Shown here: piece after piece, positions 60,721-64,000 of the stretch
How the letters are laid out: each line of letters begins with the position of its first letter
How positions within the stretch are numbered: position 1 is the first letter of the stretch
Source: an uncultured delta proteobacterium
Lineage (GTDB): Bacteria; Myxococcota; Myxococcia; Myxococcales; Myxococcaceae
NCBI GenBank assembly: GCA_963796055.1
Contig: CAWCKH010000001.1
Location: forward strand, 224,001 to 288,000
Direction of reading: 5' to 3'
Length of the DNA stretch: 64,000 bases
The notes under the pieces: model-generated
The model's input: only the letters and a program-made list of their open reading frames with translations
Told to the model about the DNA's origin: nothing
Database searches by the model: none
Program-made: the position numbers and the translations under genes

Positions 60721-61722
60721 ATGAAGGTCCTCCTCACCGGTGGCAGCGGCTTCGTCGGCGGACAGCTGGCGAAGCTCCTGGTGGCCCGCGGCGACGAGGT
60801 GGTCGCGCTGGTCCGGCGCTCGTCGAAGGTGGACGCCCTGAAGGCCCTGGGCGTCCGCATCGCGGTCGCCGACCTCCACACCGGCGACGGGGTGAACGAG
60901 GCCGTCCAGGACGTCGAGGCGGTGCAGCACATCGCCGGCGTCACCAAGGCTCGCACCGAGGAGGAGTACCTGCGGGGCAACGCCGAGACCACGCGCATTC
61001 TGGCCTCGGTGCTCGCTCGGCAGAAGCACCCTCCCCGCCTGGTCGTCTGTAGCTCGCTGGCCGCCGCCGGCCCGGCGCGGATCGGCAAGCCTCGCACCGA
61101 GGACGAGCACCCGGCCCCGGTCTCGATGTACGGCCGGAGCAAGCTCGCCGCCGAGCAGGCTGCCCGCGAGTTCGCCGACCGGGTGCCCACGGTCATCGTT
61201 CGCCCACCGTTCGTCTACGGCCCCGGCGACCTCACCAACCTCCCCCCGCTCATCGCCATGGGGAAGACGGGCGTGTACCTCAAGGCGGGCCTCGGCCCGA
61301 AGCACTTCAGCTTCGTCCACGTGGACGACCTGAACCAGGCTCTGGTCGCCGCCGCTGAGCGGGGCAAGACGCTCAGCCGCGAGGATCCGACCCAGGGCGT
61401 CTACTTCGCCTCCGACCCGAGCCCATACAGCTGGGAGGACTTCTGCACTTCCCTCAGCCGGGCGCTGGGGCGGGGTAAGCCGAAGGTCATCGCGCTGCCC
61501 GAGTTCGTGGGCTGGGCCACCGGCGCGGGTGCCGAGCTCGGAAGCCGGCTGCTGGGCACGGTGTCGATCATGAACCGCGACAAGGCGAAGGAGATGGCCC
61601 AGGAGGCCTGGACCTGCTCGCCGGCGCGGGCGGCCGAGGAGATTGGCTTCCGGCCCGAGTACCCGCTCGACCCGGGTCTGGAGAACACCGTCGCGTGGTA
61701 CCGCACGCAGGGGCTGGCATGA
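60721..61722 (+). CDS. NAD-dependent epimerase/dehydratase (extended SDR); candidate ceramide or 3-ketosphinganine reductase
   Basis: TGGSGFVG, SSLAA, YGRSK and RPPFVYGP motifs; lies inside the spt operon. Confidence 0.85.
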   Translation: MKVLLTGGSGFVGGQLAKLLVARGDEVVALVRRSSKVDALKALGVRIAVADLHTGDGVNEAVQDVEAVQHIAGVTKARTEEEYLRGNAETTRILASVLARQKHPPRLVVCSSLAAAGPARIGKPRTEDEHPAPVSMYGRSKLAAEQAAREFADRVPTVIVRPPFVYGPGDLTNLPPLIAMGKTGVYLKAGLGPKHFSFVHVDDLNQALVAAAERGKTLSREDPTQGVYFASDPSPYSWEDFCTSLSRALGRGKPKVIALPEFVGWATGAGAELGSRLLGTVSIMNRDKAKEMAQEAWTCSPARAAEEIGFRPEYPLDPGLENTVAWYRTQGLA

Positions 61723-62933
61723 ACCTAAACTCCGTCCGAAACCTCCGCAGCGCCCGGCGCAAGGCGAGCAAGCCCGCGACCCCGGCCGTCCTTCCCTCGA
61801 CCGGCGTCCAGGTCACGCCGGTCCGCTCGACGTCGGAGCTCGACGAGTTCATCCGCTTCCAGCTCGAGCTGTACCGGGACGACCCGTACTTCGTGCCGCC
61901 CATCGTGGCCGAGCGACGCGACTTCCTGAACCGGCGGAAGAACCCCTTCTTCACCCACGCCGAGGTGGAGCTATTCCTGGCGCGGAGGAACGGCAAGGTC
62001 GTGGGCCGCATCGCGGCAATCGACGACGCGCTGTGGAACCAGTTCCACAACACCGAGACCGGCTTCTTCGGGATGTTCGACGTGCCGAACGATCCGGAGG
62101 TGGCGAGCGCGCTCCTGGACGCGGCGGCCGGGTTCGCGCGGAGCCGGGGAATGAAGACGCTCACCGGGCCGGTGAACCTCTCCACCAACCACGACTGCGG
62201 CGTGCTGGTGGAAGGCTTCGAGTTCCCGCCGGCGATGATGATGCCCTACAACTACCGGTACTACGGCGCGCTCCTCGAGGGCTGGGGCCTGAAGAAGATG
62301 CGGGACCTCTACGCCTACGACATCTCGGCGGCCATGACCCCGCCGGAGAAGATGGTCCGCATCGCCGAGCGCCTGAAGGAATCGGAGCAGGTCCGGGTCC
62401 GGCCGCTGAACATCCACGATCTCCCGGAGGAGATCCGCAAGCTGAAGAGCATCTACAACGCGATGCTCGACCGGAACTGGCTCTTCCTCCCGATGAACGA
62501 GGAGGAGTTCGATTCCATCACCGCCCGGCTCCGGCCGCTGGTCCGGGTGCGGCCCGAGCTGTGCCTCATCGCCGAGGTCAAGGGCGAGCCGGTGGCGTTC
62601 TGCATCACCCTCCCCGACTCGAACCTCGCCATCCGCGAGGCCGGCGGGCAGCTGACCCGCTGGGGCGTGCCGGTGGGGCTGGCGAAGATGGCCTGGGCGG
62701 CGCGGCGCATCGAGCGGCTGCGGGTCCTGCTCTTCGGCATCAAGCCCGGGTACCGGCGGCGGGGCCTGGACGCGCTGCTGGGACTGGAGACGCTGCGGGC
62801 GGCTCGTCGGCTCGGGTACGACGGCGCGGAGCTCGGCTGGACCACCGAGGACAACGAGCTGATGAACCGGGCCATCGAGTCGATCGGCGCGCGCCGGTAC
62901 AAGACCTACCGGATCTACGAGAAGGCGCTCTGA
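61719..62933 (+). CDS. GNAT-fold bacterial ceramide synthase-like protein, paralog 2
   Basis: Clear paralog of 59518-60699 (ELFLARRNG.VVGRIAA.DD, LIAEVKGEPVAF, KTYR.Y); ATGA overlap with the upstream stop. Confidence 0.8.
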   Translation: MNLNSVRNLRSARRKASKPATPAVLPSTGVQVTPVRSTSELDEFIRFQLELYRDDPYFVPPIVAERRDFLNRRKNPFFTHAEVELFLARRNGKVVGRIAAIDDALWNQFHNTETGFFGMFDVPNDPEVASALLDAAAGFARSRGMKTLTGPVNLSTNHDCGVLVEGFEFPPAMMMPYNYRYYGALLEGWGLKKMRDLYAYDISAAMTPPEKMVRIAERLKESEQVRVRPLNIHDLPEEIRKLKSIYNAMLDRNWLFLPMNEEEFDSITARLRPLVRVRPELCLIAEVKGEPVAFCITLPDSNLAIREAGGQLTRWGVPVGLAKMAWAARRIERLRVLLFGIKPGYRRRGLDALLGLETLRAARRLGYDGAELGWTTEDNELMNRAIESIGARRYKTYRIYEKAL

Positions 62934-63054
62934 GACCCGCTCAGGGGGGCGTCAGGGTTGCGCAAGGCTTCCAGTCGTCTGGCCCCGTGCTCATCCACGT
63001 GCTCCGGTGAAGGCGCTGGCCGCGGGTGCGTCACACCCGTAAGTTCTCGCTCCG

Positions 63055-63540
63055 ATGTGGAACCTCGCCCACCTGCACATCACGATCAACCACATCCCGG
63101 TGGTGCTGGTCCCGGCCGCGCTGGTGATCTTCGCGGTGGCCGCCTGGCGCAAGTCGCTCCCGGTCCTGCGGACCGGCATCGTGGTGGCCTGGGTCGCGGC
63201 GCTCTTCGCCCTGGCCTCCTTCCTCACCGGTGACGCCGCGGCAGATCTCGTGATGGCGGTCGAGAAGGCCCAGGAGAAGACCCTGGACCCACTGGTCGAG
63301 GCGCATGACGATTCGGCCGCCTGGGCGCTCGGGTCCTCCCTCCTCCTCGCCGCCGCCGGGGTCTGGGGCTGGCGCCGCAAGGGGCTCGGGAACGAGGTCA
63401 CCGTCCCGTTGCTCGTGCTCTCGGCCCTGGGCACGGCCATCCTGGCCAGGACGGCCTACCTGGGCGGTCAGATTCGCCACCCCGAGGCCCGCCCGGGCTT
63501 CGTCGCCCCGGCTGGTGGCGAGCACGAGCACGAGAAGTAG
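63055..63540 (+). CDS. DUF2231-like membrane protein
   Basis: AHLH..NHIP, TGD.A, EAH and GGQIRHPE motifs; 4 TMs. Confidence 0.75.
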   Translation: MWNLAHLHITINHIPVVLVPAALVIFAVAAWRKSLPVLRTGIVVAWVAALFALASFLTGDAAADLVMAVEKAQEKTLDPLVEAHDDSAAWALGSSLLLAAAGVWGWRRKGLGNEVTVPLLVLSALGTAILARTAYLGGQIRHPEARPGFVAPAGGEHEHEK

Positions 63541-63670
63541 GTCCCCGGAGACCGACCTGACTGTTCGGCCGGGGTCCCTGCGGGGCCAGCAGAGGGGTGA
63601 CAGGCTCCCGGCGGAGCGTGTAACACCTGGTCGCCGTTCGACGTCCCCCACGGGACTCCGGAGAATCGAC

Positions 63671-64000
63671 ATGCGCCTGACCGACCGCGTGAAGCAGATC
63701 CTGTCCTGGTATCCGTCCGACAGCCCGGGCACCAAGACCAACCTGGCCCGGTTGCTCAACACCGGCACGCTCGCCGGGACCGGCAAGCTGGTCATCCTCC
63801 CGGTCGACCAGGGCTTCGAGCACGGCCCAGCCCGCTCCTTCGCCCCGAACCCGCCCGGGTACGACCCGGACTACCACGTGCAGCTGGCCATCGAGGCGGG
63901 CTGCAACGCCTACGCCGCCCCGCTCGGGTTCCTGGAGGCCATCGCCGGCAACTACGCGATGGAGATCCCCCTCATCCTCAAGCTCAACAACTCCGACTCG
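63671..64000 (+). CDS. fbaB: Class I fructose-bisphosphate aldolase (DhnA/FbaB type), 5' part
   Basis: GTGKLVILPVDQGFEHGP..SFAPNP and GCNAYAAPLG motifs; GGAG RBS; runs off the window end and is absent from the ORF track. Confidence 0.92.
   Translation, partial: MRLTDRVKQILSWYPSDSPGTKTNLARLLNTGTLAGTGKLVILPVDQGFEHGPARSFAPNPPGYDPDYHVQLAIEAGCNAYAAPLGFLEAIAGNYAMEIPLILKLNNSDS

Overview
This is a GC-rich bacterial chromosomal window, most likely Myxococcota: it has a TIGR02266-type PilZ gene, a MYXO-CTERM-like tail with DAG repeats and a myxobacterial-type TonB-C domain. About 60 protein-coding genes are supportable. Housekeeping genes are ppdK (partial), clpP, guaB-guaA, miaB, an RlmD-like methyltransferase, thiolase-scoA-scoB, rpsA and fbaB (partial); between them lie many accessory transporters, lipoproteins and hydrolases. 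I recognised no rRNA, convincing tRNA, CRISPR array, transposase or integrase. Most notable: (1) a 61-bp duplication of the rpsA 3' end brackets a single-gene cassette. (2) Next to it is a ~330-bp non-coding element made of two inverted ~111-bp units carrying four 27-bp dyad boxes. (3) A four-gene ceramide/sphingolipid-type operon (C-terminally extended Spt, two bCerS-like GNATs, an SDR) is divergent from an isobutyryl-CoA-mutase-like/HMG-CoA-lyase operon, and two unrelated enzymes in these operons share an N-terminal KKLRAV(K/E)S peptide. (4) A CP-ATP-grasp ligase is coupled to a Tat-exported M20 hydrolase with non-canonical metal ligands. (5) guaA has a 1-nt frameshift, which suggests some indels here may be sequencing errors. 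All family calls come from motif recognition by eye; no database searches were run.
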